In this document: positions 51,758 through 62,357 of the stretch, in pieces
How positions within the stretch are numbered: position 1 is the first letter of the stretch
How the letters are laid out: each line of letters starts with the position of its first letter
Program-made: the position numbers and the translations under genes
Notes under the pieces: generated by a model
What the model saw: the letters and a program-made list of their open reading frames with translations, nothing else
Database searches by the model: none
What the model was told of the DNA's origin: nothing
From: an uncultured delta proteobacterium
GTDB taxonomy: Bacteria; Desulfobacterota; Binatia; UBA9968
Direction of reading: 5' to 3'
Length of the DNA stretch: 64,000 bases
Assembly (NCBI GenBank): GCA_963816145.1
Contig: CAWFJP010000003.1
Location: 576,001 to 640,000, forward strand

Positions 51758-51818
51758 CCGCCGGTGACGTATACCTCGTGCGAGTCATGCCAATTGATGA
51801 TTCATCGATAGCCGGCGG
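51758..51818 (-). ncRNA. Candidate structured ribosomal leader upstream of rplT
   Basis: Outer stem CCGCCGG/CCGGCGG encloses GATG-AAT-CATC and TGAC...GTCA stems in the rpmI-rplT gap. Confidence 0.4.
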
Positions 51819-52016
51819 CTATTTATAAGGAATCATCTGACGAATGTTCTTGGCTTCCACCGCCGCCACCGTGGTCCCCTTGCGTAAATTTCTTTTGCGC
51901 TTTTTACCCTTGGACGACAAGATATGGCGCTTGTAAGCCTTGTTGCGCTTAATCTTGCCGCTCCCGGTCACGCGGAAGCGCTTCGCTGCTGCTCGGTTAG
52001 TTTTAATCTTCGGCAC
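51819..52016 (-). CDS. rpmI: 50S ribosomal protein L35
   Basis: [24 protein letters not shown]...HIL. Confidence 0.97.
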   Translation of the reverse strand: MPKIKTNRAAAKRFRVTGSGKIKRNKAYKRHILSSKGKKRKRNLRKGTTVAAVEAKNIRQMIPYK

Positions 52017-52049
52017 GTTTCACTCCCTCTCGTTTGCTTCAATCTAGAT

Positions 52050-52550
52050 TCACTTCGGTGTCAGTAGCATCGCCATGCTGCGGCCTTCGAGGCGCGGCTG
52101 GATGTCGACCTTGGCGACATCCTGCACCAGCTCGACGACGCCGCTGAGCATCTGCCGTCCCAGTTCAGGATGGGTAATCTCGCGGCCGCGGAAGAACACC
52201 GAAACCTTCACACGTTGGCCTTCTTCGATAAACTTGCGAATGTTTTTGACCTTGTGCTCGACATCATGGCCGTCGGTCCTCGACCCCATCTTGACTTCCT
52301 TGATCTCGACGACGGTCTTTTTCGGTCCATGCTGTTTTTTCTTTTGCTCGTAGCGAAATTTGCCGTAGTCCATCATCCGGCAAACCGGCGGTTGAGCGTC
52401 CGGCGCGACTTCGACCAGATCCAGCTCCAAGGCTTCCACCTGCTTCAGCGCCTCGTGCAACGGCATCACTCCAAGCTGTTCGCCTTTGGAGCCGATGATG
52501 CGGACCTCACGGGCACGAATTTGATGATTGATTCGCGCTTCCCTAGCGAT
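52050..52550 (-). CDS. infC: Translation initiation factor IF-3 (ATC start)
   Basis: GGAGG RBS then ATC GCT AGG GAA...RINHQIRAREVRII, LDLVEVAP, PPVCRMMDYGKF, FFRGRE. Confidence 0.95.
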   Translation of the reverse strand: MAREARINHQIRAREVRIIGSKGEQLGVMPLHEALKQVEALELDLVEVAPDAQPPVCRMMDYGKFRYEQKKKQHGPKKTVVEIKEVKMGSRTDGHDVEHKVKNIRKFIEEGQRVKVSVFFRGREITHPELGRQMLSGVVELVQDVAKVDIQPRLEGRSMAMLLTPK

Positions 52551-52593
52551 AAGACACCTCCCTAATTACTAATTGCAGCATGATCCTGTATTT

Positions 52594-54504
52594 CTATGCC
52601 TCTCCCATTTCTTGTGCAACCTCGGTGTGGAGATTCTTGACGAACTCGCCCACTGGCAGCGGCGCGATATTTTCCCCGCCGCGCCGCCGGGGCGCCACCG
52701 ACTCCGCGGCGACTTCCTTGTCGCCGATGATCACCGCATAGGGCACCTTGGCGAGCTGCGCCTCGCGAATCTTGTAGCCGAGCTTTTCGTTACGGCTGTC
52801 GAACTCGACACGCCAACCGTCAGCTTTTAGCTGCTCAACGACTTTGCCGGCATACTCTTTATGGTCATCGGTAACGGTCAGAACTCGCAGCTGCACCGGG
52901 GCCAGCCACAGTGGAAAGGCCCCGGCGCAGTGCTCAAGGAGAATTGCGATAAAGCGTTCAATCGAGCCCAACACCGCCCGATGCAGCATCACCGGTGTCG
53001 CCTCGGTGCCATCGGAGGTAACATACTTGAGACCGAAACGTTCCGGCATGGCGCAATCGATCTGCACCGTCGCCAGCGTCCAGGAACGTTCCAAGACATC
53101 GCGAAAATCGAAACCGATCTTGGGACCGTAGAAAGCCCCCTCGCCTGGTAAGACTTTAACGGAAAACCCCGAGCGCTCAAGACAGCGCCGCAGACCGGCC
53201 TCCGCGGCATCCCACAGTTCGATGCGGCCGAGGAACTTTTCCGGACGAGTTTGCAAGGTCACTTCGATGCGGTCGAAGCCGAATACTTTATAGACCTCTT
53301 TGGTCATCGCCACGAACTGCTCAAGTTCAACGTCCAACTGATCCGGCGTACAGTAAATATGCGCATCGTCTTGGGCAAAGGAGCGCACCCGGGTCAACCC
53401 CGACAGCACCCCGGAGGGTTCGAAGCGATGCAAGCGGCTGAAATCGGCTAAGCGAATCGGCAGATCGCGATAGGAGTACTTGCGCGAGTTAAAGAGATAA
53501 CAATGGCCTGGGCAATTCATCGGCTTCACGCCATACTCGCCGTCATGCACGTTCATCAAAAACATGTCATCGTGAAAGGCGTCGTAGTGTCCGGAGGTTT
53601 TCCACAAATCCGTCTTATAAATCAGCGGCGTGACTACTTCGGAGTATCCGTAGCGCTGGTACAGATCTCGGATGTACTGGATCAGGATATTGTAGATGAT
53701 CGTACCCTTGGGATGAAAAAACGGCGATCCCGGGGCGATCGGATGAAGCGAGAACAGGTCCAACGCCGGGCCGAGACGCCGATGATCCCGCTGCTTAGCC
53801 TCTTCGATGCGCTTTAAATAAGCTTCTAAATCCTTCTTATTGGCCCACGCCGTGCCATAGATCCGTTGCAACTGCTCGTTGCGCGAGTCGCCGCGCCAAT
53901 AGGCGCCGGCAATGCTCGTCAACTTGAACGCCTTGATCGATCCCGTGGACAGCACGTGGGGGCCGCGGCAGAGGTCGACCCAATCGCCCTGCCGATACAG
54001 CGAAACCTTGTCGGCCGCGATGCCTTCGATGATCTCGACCTTATAGGATTCACCCATTTTACGAAAAAGCTCGATTGCCTCTTGGCGCGGTAATTCTTCG
54101 CGCACCACTTTCAAATTGGCCTTGATCAACTCCTGCATGCGCTTTTCAATCAGTTCGAGATCCTCCGGCGAGAATGGCTGGTCGCGCTTGAAGTCGTAGT
54201 AAAACCCATCTTCAATGGTCGGACCGATGGTCACCTGGGTTCCCGGAAAAAGGCTCTGCACCGCTTGGGCCATCAAATGCGCAGTCGAGTGGCGCAAAAC
54301 ATCTAGGCCATCGGCGCTTTCGGGCGCGACCCACTCCACGACACAATCCTTCTCGATAACCCGATTCAAATCGACGACCTGGCCGTCGATTTTGGCCGCG
54401 ACCAGATTCCTGGCGCCGGCGGTCGTAACAAGTTCGACCACCCGAGTACCAGGGCAAACGTCGACGGCACTGCCGTCAGCAAAGGTGACGTGAAGACTAT
54501 CCAT
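52594..54504 (-). CDS. thrS: Threonine--tRNA ligase
   Basis: RHSTAHLMA, DLCRGPH, RDHRRLG, KPMNCPGH, QDDAH, GAFYGPK, MLHRA. Confidence 0.98.
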   Translation of the reverse strand: MDSLHVTFADGSAVDVCPGTRVVELVTTAGARNLVAAKIDGQVVDLNRVIEKDCVVEWVAPESADGLDVLRHSTAHLMAQAVQSLFPGTQVTIGPTIEDGFYYDFKRDQPFSPEDLELIEKRMQELIKANLKVVREELPRQEAIELFRKMGESYKVEIIEGIAADKVSLYRQGDWVDLCRGPHVLSTGSIKAFKLTSIAGAYWRGDSRNEQLQRIYGTAWANKKDLEAYLKRIEEAKQRDHRRLGPALDLFSLHPIAPGSPFFHPKGTIIYNILIQYIRDLYQRYGYSEVVTPLIYKTDLWKTSGHYDAFHDDMFLMNVHDGEYGVKPMNCPGHCYLFNSRKYSYRDLPIRLADFSRLHRFEPSGVLSGLTRVRSFAQDDAHIYCTPDQLDVELEQFVAMTKEVYKVFGFDRIEVTLQTRPEKFLGRIELWDAAEAGLRRCLERSGFSVKVLPGEGAFYGPKIGFDFRDVLERSWTLATVQIDCAMPERFGLKYVTSDGTEATPVMLHRAVLGSIERFIAILLEHCAGAFPLWLAPVQLRVLTVTDDHKEYAGKVVEQLKADGWRVEFDSRNEKLGYKIREAQLAKVPYAVIIGDKEVAAESVAPRRRGGENIAPLPVGEFVKNLHTEVAQEMGEA

Positions 54505-54521
54505 GACCGCAGATTAAAAAA

Positions 54522-54596
54522 TGGTAGGCACGGGCAGGATTGAACTGCCGACCTCTTCCGTGTCAAGGAAGCGCTCTCCCACTGAGCTACGTGCCT
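54522..54596 (-). tRNA. tRNA-Val(GAC)
   Basis: AGGCACGTAGCTCAGTGGGAGAGCGCTTCCTT-GAC-ACGGAAGAGGTCGGCAGTTCAATCCTGCCCGTGCCTACCA. Confidence 0.97.
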
Positions 54597-54773
54597 GCAA
54601 GGCATGAAAGAATCGGCCGTTGGCCGTTGAAATGTCGGATAAGGGATGCATTGTGTTAAGCGCCTTGGAAAGCTACGTTGGCAACCCTTCTGGGTCACCT
54701 GTTATGGCTCCTCGGCATTGTCGCATTTGATGCTGCAAGAGATCGATTTTATTACCAATTCTAAGCCATTATG

Positions 54774-55340
54774 TCAACCAGGCGGGGTGATCGACGGAGC
54801 CCGTTTCTGCAACCAAATGAGGCCACGATAGAGATATTGCAGCCCCGAAGCCACGGTCGCCGCCGCGCTCAGAGCGATAAAGATCTGTAGGACAAACGGA
54901 TGCAGTAGGGTACCATCATGCAACGTCACCAAGGCCACCGCCAATGTTAATAACTGAAAAGTAGTGCTGAACTTGCCGATCCAGCTGGGCCGAACTGGCA
55001 TGTTTTCCTCGACCAGCAGGTAGATCGCCGCATAGCCGACGACGATTAGAATATCGCGGACCACCACGACCACCGTCAGCCACATCGGGATGCCATCAAT
55101 GAGCCCGAGCATAATGAACGAACTGATCACCAGCAACTTATCCGCCACCGGATCGAGATAGGCACCCAACGCGGTCTGTTGATTCAACCAGCGCGCGGTC
55201 AAACCGTCGAAGAAATCGGTAATGCCGCCGATGGCAAAAACCACCAGGGCCTCCCAATAAAGGTGGTAAGCGAGACACTCGAGAAAAATCGGCACGGTCA
55301 GAATACGGATGAGCGTCAGCGTGTTCGGCAGGTTGAGCAT
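54774..55340 (-). CDS. CDP-alcohol phosphatidyltransferase (PgsA-like)
   Basis: NLPNTLTLIR, signature TDFFDGLTAR...GAYLDPVADK, several hydrophobic helices. Confidence 0.9.
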   Translation of the reverse strand: MLNLPNTLTLIRILTVPIFLECLAYHLYWEALVVFAIGGITDFFDGLTARWLNQQTALGAYLDPVADKLLVISSFIMLGLIDGIPMWLTVVVVVRDILIVVGYAAIYLLVEENMPVRPSWIGKFSTTFQLLTLAVALVTLHDGTLLHPFVLQIFIALSAAATVASGLQYLYRGLIWLQKRAPSITPPG

Positions 55341-55348
55341 GGACCGGG

Positions 55349-56653
55349 CTAATTGCCACTGCCGTTGCCGGCCCGGCTCGAACGTAAGGATTTGCGAATT
55401 TGCCCGGCAAGCTTGGGTGTGACCAAGGCCGTGACCCTAATCGATTCGCCATCGTGATGTTCAGCAACCACCTGGCCGCGCTCGCGCAGGAGCGCCACCA
55501 GCCAGCCCTGCGCCGGGGAAAATTGGGCATCGATCCGCTCCTTGGAGCGGTCCAAGACCCGGCCGACACCGGCGAGCAATTCGTCGACCCCTGCACCGGT
55601 CAACGCCGAGATTGGACAGACCTGCGCGACGCCATTGGTTTTGAGCCGAGCCAGCGGAACCGGGCCGGCCAGATCAAGCTTATTCGGCACTAAAATTGTC
55701 GGAATCTCACCGGCACCGATCTCGCCCAAGACCTTTTCAATGATTTGAATCTGTTCTTCGTAGAGCGGGTTGGCCAGATCGACCATATGCAAGAGCAAAT
55801 CGGCGCGGCTCACCTCCTCCAACGTGCTCTTGAACGCCTCGATCAACGAGTGAGGAATCTTGTTAATGAAACCGACCGTGTCAACGATCATCACCTTGTC
55901 ACCGTTGGGCAAACGCAGCGCCCGGGTCGTTGGATCCAGAGTCGCGAAGAGCTTATCCTCGACGAACACTCCGGCGCGGGTGAGCAGGTTCATCAGCGTC
56001 GACTTGCCGGCATTGGTGTAACCGACCAAGGCAACCGTGGCGAAGGGCACCTCGTTGCGCTCACGGCGTTGCAGGCTGCGGGTGCGTTCGACGGTGGTCA
56101 GGCGGCGCTTCAAGTGACCGATGCGCTCGCGAATGCGCCGGCGGTCGACTTCCAATTGTGTTTCGCCCGGTCCGCGGGTGCCGATACCGCCGCCCAAGCG
56201 CGACAAGTGGGTCCACTGCCGCGTCAGCCTCGGCAATAGATATTCCAGCTGCGCCAGTTCCACTTGCAGCTTACCTTCATTGCTGCGCGCCCGCTTGGCG
56301 AAGATATCGAGTATCAATTGGCTGCGGTCGACGACGCGAACTTTGAAGGCATTTTCCAAATTGCGCTGTTGCGCCGGGGTCAGATCCTCGTCGACGATCA
56401 CCAAGTTGGCGTGATGTTCTTGAAGCCCGGCGTAAACTTCGTCCACCTTGCCGCGCCCGATCAGAGTCGCCGGCGTAACGCTGCGCACCTGCTGCGAGTA
56501 CTTATGCACCACCAGTGCGCCGGCGGTCTCGGCAAGCCGTTCAAGTTCCTCCAAACTGTAATCGAGCGGCACCTTGTGGTCGCGCGAAGGCAGATCGACG
56601 CCGATCAGAACGGCCTTCTCCTGCGGTTGCCGGGTGGAAATCGTCTGCTTCAA
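55349..56653 (-). CDS. hflX: GTPase HflX
   Basis: GKLQVELAQL, GTRGPGETQLE, GYTNAGKS, LFATLD, DTVGF, NKLD. Confidence 0.97.
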   Translation of the reverse strand: MKQTISTRQPQEKAVLIGVDLPSRDHKVPLDYSLEELERLAETAGALVVHKYSQQVRSVTPATLIGRGKVDEVYAGLQEHHANLVIVDEDLTPAQQRNLENAFKVRVVDRSQLILDIFAKRARSNEGKLQVELAQLEYLLPRLTRQWTHLSRLGGGIGTRGPGETQLEVDRRRIRERIGHLKRRLTTVERTRSLQRRERNEVPFATVALVGYTNAGKSTLMNLLTRAGVFVEDKLFATLDPTTRALRLPNGDKVMIVDTVGFINKIPHSLIEAFKSTLEEVSRADLLLHMVDLANPLYEEQIQIIEKVLGEIGAGEIPTILVPNKLDLAGPVPLARLKTNGVAQVCPISALTGAGVDELLAGVGRVLDRSKERIDAQFSPAQGWLVALLRERGQVVAEHHDGESIRVTALVTPKLAGQIRKSLRSSRAGNGSGN

Positions 56654-59600
56654 GTGTTTAGGGAGTTGAAACTGACGCGCATGCCGAACCGTTCACCGAC
56701 CAGGGCCTCGAGTTCGCGCGACGGCGCGATGCGCACTTGCTCGGGCAGCTCGATGACAGTCTCACCGGCCGCCGGCGCGCGCAGGTGCAGGTAGACGGTA
56801 TGCTTTCCGGGATAGTCGAGCAGCATGTCGCGTAAACGCACCAGCTCGTCGGCGGACACCGCATCTTCGCGGACGTAGAGATCAACTTTCTCGGCGACCG
56901 TGGCGGCAACCGCGTTCTTGGGATTCTTCACGGCATCGGCCAAGGCGGTCACTTCGTTGGCGATCACTTGAATACGATCTTCACCAACTTCCATCTTACC
57001 TTTGACATAGATCGGATCGTCGGCGCCGAGCAGATCGGCGCACTTCTTATAGGTTTCCGGCCAGACGATCACTTCGATAAAGCCCGTTTTGTCTTCTAAA
57101 TTGAAGCTGCCGTAGCGGTCGCCCTTTTTGGTGTTACGCAAGCGCAACGCCGAAACCACGCCGCCGAGCCGGAACTCGCCGGACTGGGCGCGCTCCTTGA
57201 GCGCGGCAACCGTACCGTTGGTAATTTTTTTCAGCAAACGTTCGTATTTGTCGAGGGGATGGCCGGTTATGTAAAATCCCAGCGCTTCCTTCTCGAACGC
57301 CAGCGCCTCTTGCTGCGACCATTCGGCCACCGGTGGATAGCTTTCGCCGGCTTTCTTGGCGGCCTTGGTCAGCGTGCCGAGCATGGAAAAAATATCGATC
57401 TGATTGCTCGCCTGATCGCGCTGGTACGCTTGTCCGCCCTTCATGGCGTCGTCCAACGCGCCGCTCATGCGCGCCCGCGACACCTGCGTCGAATCGAAGG
57501 CGCCGCACTTGATCAAGCTCTCGATCACCCGCCGGTTCACCGCGGTCGTGTCGACGCGCCGGCAAAAATCGAAGAGCGATTCGAACGGGCCGTCCTTGGC
57601 GCGGCTTTCAAGAATTACTTCGACGGCCTTCTCGCCGACATTTTTGACGCCGGCCAAACCGAAACGAATTTTGTCCCCTACCGGGGTGAAATTGGCGCCG
57701 CTCTCGTTCACGTCGGGCGCCAGCACCTCGATATCTTTGTCGCGGCAGTCGGCCAGGTTTTTGATGACCTTATCGGTATCGCCCATTTCCGAGGTCAACA
57801 GCGCGGCCATGAACTCGACGGGGTAATGGGTTTTTAGATAGGCTGTCTGATAAGAAACCAGGGCGTAGGCCGCCGAATGCGACTTGTTAAAACCATAACG
57901 CGCGAAGGTTTCCATCTGGTCGAAGATTTCGGTGGCGCGTTTCTCGTCGATACCCTTGGCCACCGCGCCGCTGACGAAACGCTCGCGCTGCGCCGCCATC
58001 TCCTCGGGATCTTTCTTGCCCATGGCGCGGCGCAGGATATCGGCATCGCCCATGGAATAACCGGCGAGGATTTGCGCCGTCTGCATGACCTGCTCTTGAT
58101 AGACGATGACGCCGTAGGTGTCCTTGAGAATGGTTTCGAGCAGCGGGTGGAGATATTTGATTTTTTCCTTGCCGCTTTTGCGATTGATAAAGTCTTCGGC
58201 CATACCGCTATCGAGGGGGCCAGGCCGGTACAGCGCGAGTATTGCGACCAGATCCTCGAAACAATTCGGCCGTATGCGCACTGTCATCTCGCGGATACCG
58301 GTGCTTTCCAGTTGGAAAACGCCGGTGGTGTTGCCCTGGCAGAGGGTCTTGTAGGTCTTTTTGTCATCGAGCGGTAAACGGTCAATGTCGACTTTGACGC
58401 CGCGCGCCGCTTCGATGAGCTTCAAGCAATCATGGATCAGCGTCAGCGTTTTGAGCCCGAGGAAGTCGAACTTCACCAGACCGATTTTTTCGACCCAGGT
58501 CATTTCATACTGGGTGACGATACCGCCCTCTTTATCGACAAATAGCGGGCAGTGCTCGACCAACGGTAGATTGGACAAAACCACGCCGGCGGCATGGGTC
58601 GACGCATGCCGCACCAACCCTTCCAAACGCAGCGCGTGGTCCATCAATGTTTTCACGCGCAAGTCGTTTTTCATCAGCTCGCCCAGCCGCGGCTCCATCT
58701 TCATCGCCTCGGTCAACGGATAGTCGAATCCTTGCTTGGGCGGCGGGATCAGTTTGGCAATGGAGTCGGCTTCGGCAAAGGAAAAACCCAAAGCCCGCCC
58801 GACATCTTTGATCGCCGCCTTGGCTTTCAAGGTTCCAAAGGTGGCGATCTGCGCCACCCGGTCGGCGCCGTATTTGTCTTTGACGTATTGGATCACCTGC
58901 GCCCGGCCGCGGATGCAGAAATCGACATCGATATCCGGCATCGACTTGCGTTCGGGATTGAGAAAGCGTTCGAACAACAAGACGTGGCGGATCGGATCGA
59001 GATCGGTGATGCGCATCGCATAGGCGACCAAGCTGCCCGCCGACGAGCCGCGCCCTGGGCCGACCGGAATGCCGTTTTGCTTGGCGTAATTGATGAAATC
59101 GGCGACCACCAGAAAGTAGCCGGGGAACTGCATGTCGATGATCACGCCGAGTTCGTATTCCAAGCGCTCGGCATAGGTCTTTCTAACTTCCGGATCGGTG
59201 ACGCCTTCGAGCCGCTGTTCCAAGCCCTTTTTCGCCAATTCGACCAAATAATCGTCGAGGCTGATTTCCTTGGGCGGCGTAAAGTTCGGGAAATGATACT
59301 TGCCGAACTCGATTTCAACGTTGCAGCGGTTGGCGATCTCGACGGTCCGCTCCACAGCGCCAGGGCAGAATTCGAACCCCTGCGTCATTTCCTCAGCCGA
59401 TTTTAGATAAAGTTCATCGGTCTCGATCTTGAGCCGATTATCATCGTTGAGAGTTTTACCGGTCTGGACACAAAGCAAGACGTCATGGGCATGATAGTCG
59501 GCGCGCTCGCCATAATGGCAATCGTTGGTCGCCACCACGGGAATCGACGTATCCTTGGCCAGCTCGACCAGCAGCCGGTTGACCTTTTCCTGTTCGGCCA

Positions 59601-60150
59601 ATTTATTATCTTGAATCTCGATGTAATAACGGTCGCCGAAGATCGACGCGTACTGCTCGACGGCAAGCTTGGCTTTCTCGTAATTGCCGTAGTTGAGCGC
59701 CTGCGACACTTCGCCTTGCAGACAGGCGCTGAGCGCGATCAAGCCGCCGTTAAACTGCCTAAGCAGTTCCTTGTCGATGCGCGGTTTATAGTAAAACCCT
59801 TCGATGTAGCCTAAGGACACCAGCTTGCACAGATTGCGGTAGCCCTCATTGTTCATCGCCAGGAGAATGAGGTGATTATTGTATTCCTTGGGCCCCTTGT
59901 CGACGCCTTTTTTCTCGAAACGGCTGGTCGGCGCGACGTAGATCTCGCAGCCGATGATCGGCTTGACGCCACGGCTCTTGGCCTCGCGGTAAAATTCGAT
60001 GGCGCCGAACATATTGCCATGATCGGTCATCGCCACCGCCGGCTGGTTGAGCGCCTTGATGCGCTCGAACATCTTATCGACCTTATTGGCGCCGTCTAAG
60101 AGACTGTACTCGGTATGACAATGAAGGTGAACGAAATTGGCTTGATCCAT
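56650..60150 (-). CDS. dnaE: DNA polymerase III alpha subunit
   Basis: HLHCHTEYSLLDG, TDHGN, GPGRGS, PDIDVDF, KFDFLGL, YGFNKSH. Confidence 0.98.
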   Translation of the reverse strand: MDQANFVHLHCHTEYSLLDGANKVDKMFERIKALNQPAVAMTDHGNMFGAIEFYREAKSRGVKPIIGCEIYVAPTSRFEKKGVDKGPKEYNNHLILLAMNNEGYRNLCKLVSLGYIEGFYYKPRIDKELLRQFNGGLIALSACLQGEVSQALNYGNYEKAKLAVEQYASIFGDRYYIEIQDNKLAEQEKVNRLLVELAKDTSIPVVATNDCHYGERADYHAHDVLLCVQTGKTLNDDNRLKIETDELYLKSAEEMTQGFEFCPGAVERTVEIANRCNVEIEFGKYHFPNFTPPKEISLDDYLVELAKKGLEQRLEGVTDPEVRKTYAERLEYELGVIIDMQFPGYFLVVADFINYAKQNGIPVGPGRGSSAGSLVAYAMRITDLDPIRHVLLFERFLNPERKSMPDIDVDFCIRGRAQVIQYVKDKYGADRVAQIATFGTLKAKAAIKDVGRALGFSFAEADSIAKLIPPPKQGFDYPLTEAMKMEPRLGELMKNDLRVKTLMDHALRLEGLVRHASTHAAGVVLSNLPLVEHCPLFVDKEGGIVTQYEMTWVEKIGLVKFDFLGLKTLTLIHDCLKLIEAARGVKVDIDRLPLDDKKTYKTLCQGNTTGVFQLESTGIREMTVRIRPNCFEDLVAILALYRPGPLDSGMAEDFINRKSGKEKIKYLHPLLETILKDTYGVIVYQEQVMQTAQILAGYSMGDADILRRAMGKKDPEEMAAQRERFVSGAVAKGIDEKRATEIFDQMETFARYGFNKSHSAAYALVSYQTAYLKTHYPVEFMAALLTSEMGDTDKVIKNLADCRDKDIEVLAPDVNESGANFTPVGDKIRFGLAGVKNVGEKAVEVILESRAKDGPFESLFDFCRRVDTTAVNRRVIESLIKCGAFDSTQVSRARMSGALDDAMKGGQAYQRDQASNQIDIFSMLGTLTKAAKKAGESYPPVAEWSQQEALAFEKEALGFYITGHPLDKYERLLKKITNGTVAALKERAQSGEFRLGGVVSALRLRNTKKGDRYGSFNLEDKTGFIEVIVWPETYKKCADLLGADDPIYVKGKMEVGEDRIQVIANEVTALADAVKNPKNAVAATVAEKVDLYVREDAVSADELVRLRDMLLDYPGKHTVYLHLRAPAAGETVIELPEQVRIAPSRELEALVGERFGMRVSFNSLNT

Positions 60151-60194
60151 CGCTGTAAAGAATTTCTATCACAATCCAAGTGATGCGACAAATC

Positions 60195-60641
60195 TCAACC
60201 AAGTTTTTTGCCGCGAAAGTTATCCACAGCGTCGGGCCATAATCCGGCGGCGATGAAGTCTTCGACCACGGCGCCGAGAATATTGGCGAACTTGTAGTCG
60301 AACCGCTCCGCCGCCGCGATACTTGTTAATCTTTGCCCTTCGAAAAGTGTCAAGTCGGCGGCACGCCGGTTGATCTCGGAAAAATAAATGAACTTCTCGT
60401 TGGGATAAGCATCGCCGGTCAAACATTCATAACGGCGAAACAGTCGCCACATTTCCAGCGCCACGCCAATCTCCTCTTGCAGTTCCCGGCACAGCGCCTG
60501 TTCCGGCGTCTCCCCCGCTTCCACATGGCCGCCAAACAAATCCCAATGATTGGGAAACGAAATCGTCGGCTTGTCGTCGCGCAAGTAAATGAGCAACTTG
60601 CCATCCCGGTCGAAGAGCAGCGCTTGGGCGATCTGGACCAT
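60195..60641 (-). CDS. NUDIX hydrolase
   Basis: Nudix box GGHVEAGETPEQALCRELQEEIG. Start taken at MVQIAQ. Confidence 0.88.
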   Translation of the reverse strand: MVQIAQALLFDRDGKLLIYLRDDKPTISFPNHWDLFGGHVEAGETPEQALCRELQEEIGVALEMWRLFRRYECLTGDAYPNEKFIYFSEINRRAADLTLFEGQRLTSIAAAERFDYKFANILGAVVEDFIAAGLWPDAVDNFRGKKLG

Positions 60642-60792
60642 CGCATTTAATGCTAATGCATGTGCAGGAAAATCTAAAGCCGGCCTCAAGCTAAACTTGA
60701 GCTTGAGCAATCTGTCAGTCAATCGAATTCGCCTTGATCTATATCAAGAATCTGTAATAACGAGTACAAGAGCAGTTATTTTGGGAGAAGCC

Positions 60793-62250
60793 ATGGAAAC
60801 CATAAAATTCGTCGACACGACCATCCGCGACGGCCATCAAAGCTTGTGGGCGGAAAATATGACCACCGGCATGATGCTGCCAATCGCCAGGAACTTGGAC
60901 GACGCGGGCTTTGAAGGCATCGAACTGATCTCGGGGTCGCATCTCAAGAAAACCGTGCGCGATCTGAAGGAAGACCCTTGGGAGCGCGTCCGGCTGGTGT
61001 CTAAAATCATCACCAAGACACCGCTTCGGCTGATCGCTGGGCGGGTCAATACTTTTGAATACAACCCGCCGTCCATGTACCGGCTGTTCGTCGAGCGCAT
61101 GTTCGCCAACGGCATCAAGGAAGCGCGTATCTCCGACGAATGGAATGATTACGAAGGCTGGAAATTTCGCGTCGGCGAGTGCCATCGCGCTGGCATGAAA
61201 TCGATCTTGAACTTGATCTACTCGGTGTCGCCCAAACATAGCGACGAATATTTCGCCCTGCGCACCCGCCAGGCAGCGTCGCTCAATCCCTACCGGCTCT
61301 GCCTCAAAGACCCCGGCGGCTTGCTGACGCCGGAACGAATGGAAACCCTGGTGCCGATCATTTTCAAGAATGCCAACGGCATTCCGATCGAACTGCATAC
61401 CCACTGCACCACCGGTCTCGGCCCGCTATGCTGCATCAAAGGCATGGAGTTGGGCATCCGTTCGTTCAATACTGCGCTGCCGCCGCTGGCCGACGACACG
61501 TCGAATCCGTCTTTGTTCAACGTCGCCAAGAACGCCCGCGCATTAGGCTACAAAACCGATATTGACGAAGAAATATTGCAGCCCGTATCGCGCCACTTCA
61601 CCGCCATCGCCAAGCGCGAAGGCTTCACCATCGGCGCCCCGGTGGAATACGACTACTCGCAGTACCAGCATCAGGTTCCCGGTGGCATGCTGTCTAACCT
61701 GCGTTTTCAACTCCGTAAAGTCGGCCTGGAGCACAAGTTTCCCGCGGCTTTGGAGGAAGCGATCAAAGTGCGTGAAGAGTTCGGCTACCCGATCATGGTG
61801 ACACCGCTGTCGCAGTTCGTCGGCAGCCAGGCAGCGATCAATGTGATCGTCGGCGAGCGCTACAAAGAAGTCACCGACCAAGTGATCAAGTTCGCCCTCG
61901 GCCATGCCGGCGCCGAGGGCGCCCGTGACATGAACCCGACGGTCAAGGACAAGATCCTCGACCGCCCCCGCGCCAAGGAATGGGCCAAGTGGACCCCCGA
62001 CGAACCTTCGCCGGACGAGATGCGCCGCCGCTTGGGTGCCGAGGGCACTTCCGACGAAGAGCTGCTGCTGCGTTGGATCATCGGCAAGGAAGATATCGAA
62101 TTCATGCGCGCCAACAAACGCCCGTTGGAGTACTTGAATTCCGAACAACCGCTGGTCAATCTGCTGCAAGAGCTATCGAAGCGGACTAGGAACCGGCAGA
62201 TTCATGTGCAGACGCCAAATTTTTCGGTGACCTTGGAAAAGCGGGTTTAG
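60793..62250 (+). CDS. Pyruvate carboxylase subunit B / oxaloacetate decarboxylase alpha-like carboxyltransferase, no biotinyl domain
   Basis: DTTIRDGHQSL, KDPGG, HTH, HQVPGGM, GYPIMVTPLSQFVG. No EAMKM motif. GGAG RBS precedes the ATG at 60793. Confidence 0.85.
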   Translation: METIKFVDTTIRDGHQSLWAENMTTGMMLPIARNLDDAGFEGIELISGSHLKKTVRDLKEDPWERVRLVSKIITKTPLRLIAGRVNTFEYNPPSMYRLFVERMFANGIKEARISDEWNDYEGWKFRVGECHRAGMKSILNLIYSVSPKHSDEYFALRTRQAASLNPYRLCLKDPGGLLTPERMETLVPIIFKNANGIPIELHTHCTTGLGPLCCIKGMELGIRSFNTALPPLADDTSNPSLFNVAKNARALGYKTDIDEEILQPVSRHFTAIAKREGFTIGAPVEYDYSQYQHQVPGGMLSNLRFQLRKVGLEHKFPAALEEAIKVREEFGYPIMVTPLSQFVGSQAAINVIVGERYKEVTDQVIKFALGHAGAEGARDMNPTVKDKILDRPRAKEWAKWTPDEPSPDEMRRRLGAEGTSDEELLLRWIIGKEDIEFMRANKRPLEYLNSEQPLVNLLQELSKRTRNRQIHVQTPNFSVTLEKRV

Positions 62251-62357
62251 AGTCTTACGTCTCTAGACGTACATGTGCTCCCCGGACGCAAGACAAGGTT
62301 GAATCTAGGCATCAGCAGTGCAATAAGGAAAGAAATTCCACGAGGAGGCAGTAAAAA

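Noticed and set aside
62256-62271. TACGTCT-CT-AGACGTA palindrome as a terminator
   Set aside because: Short stem with no U-tract; cannot be supported.
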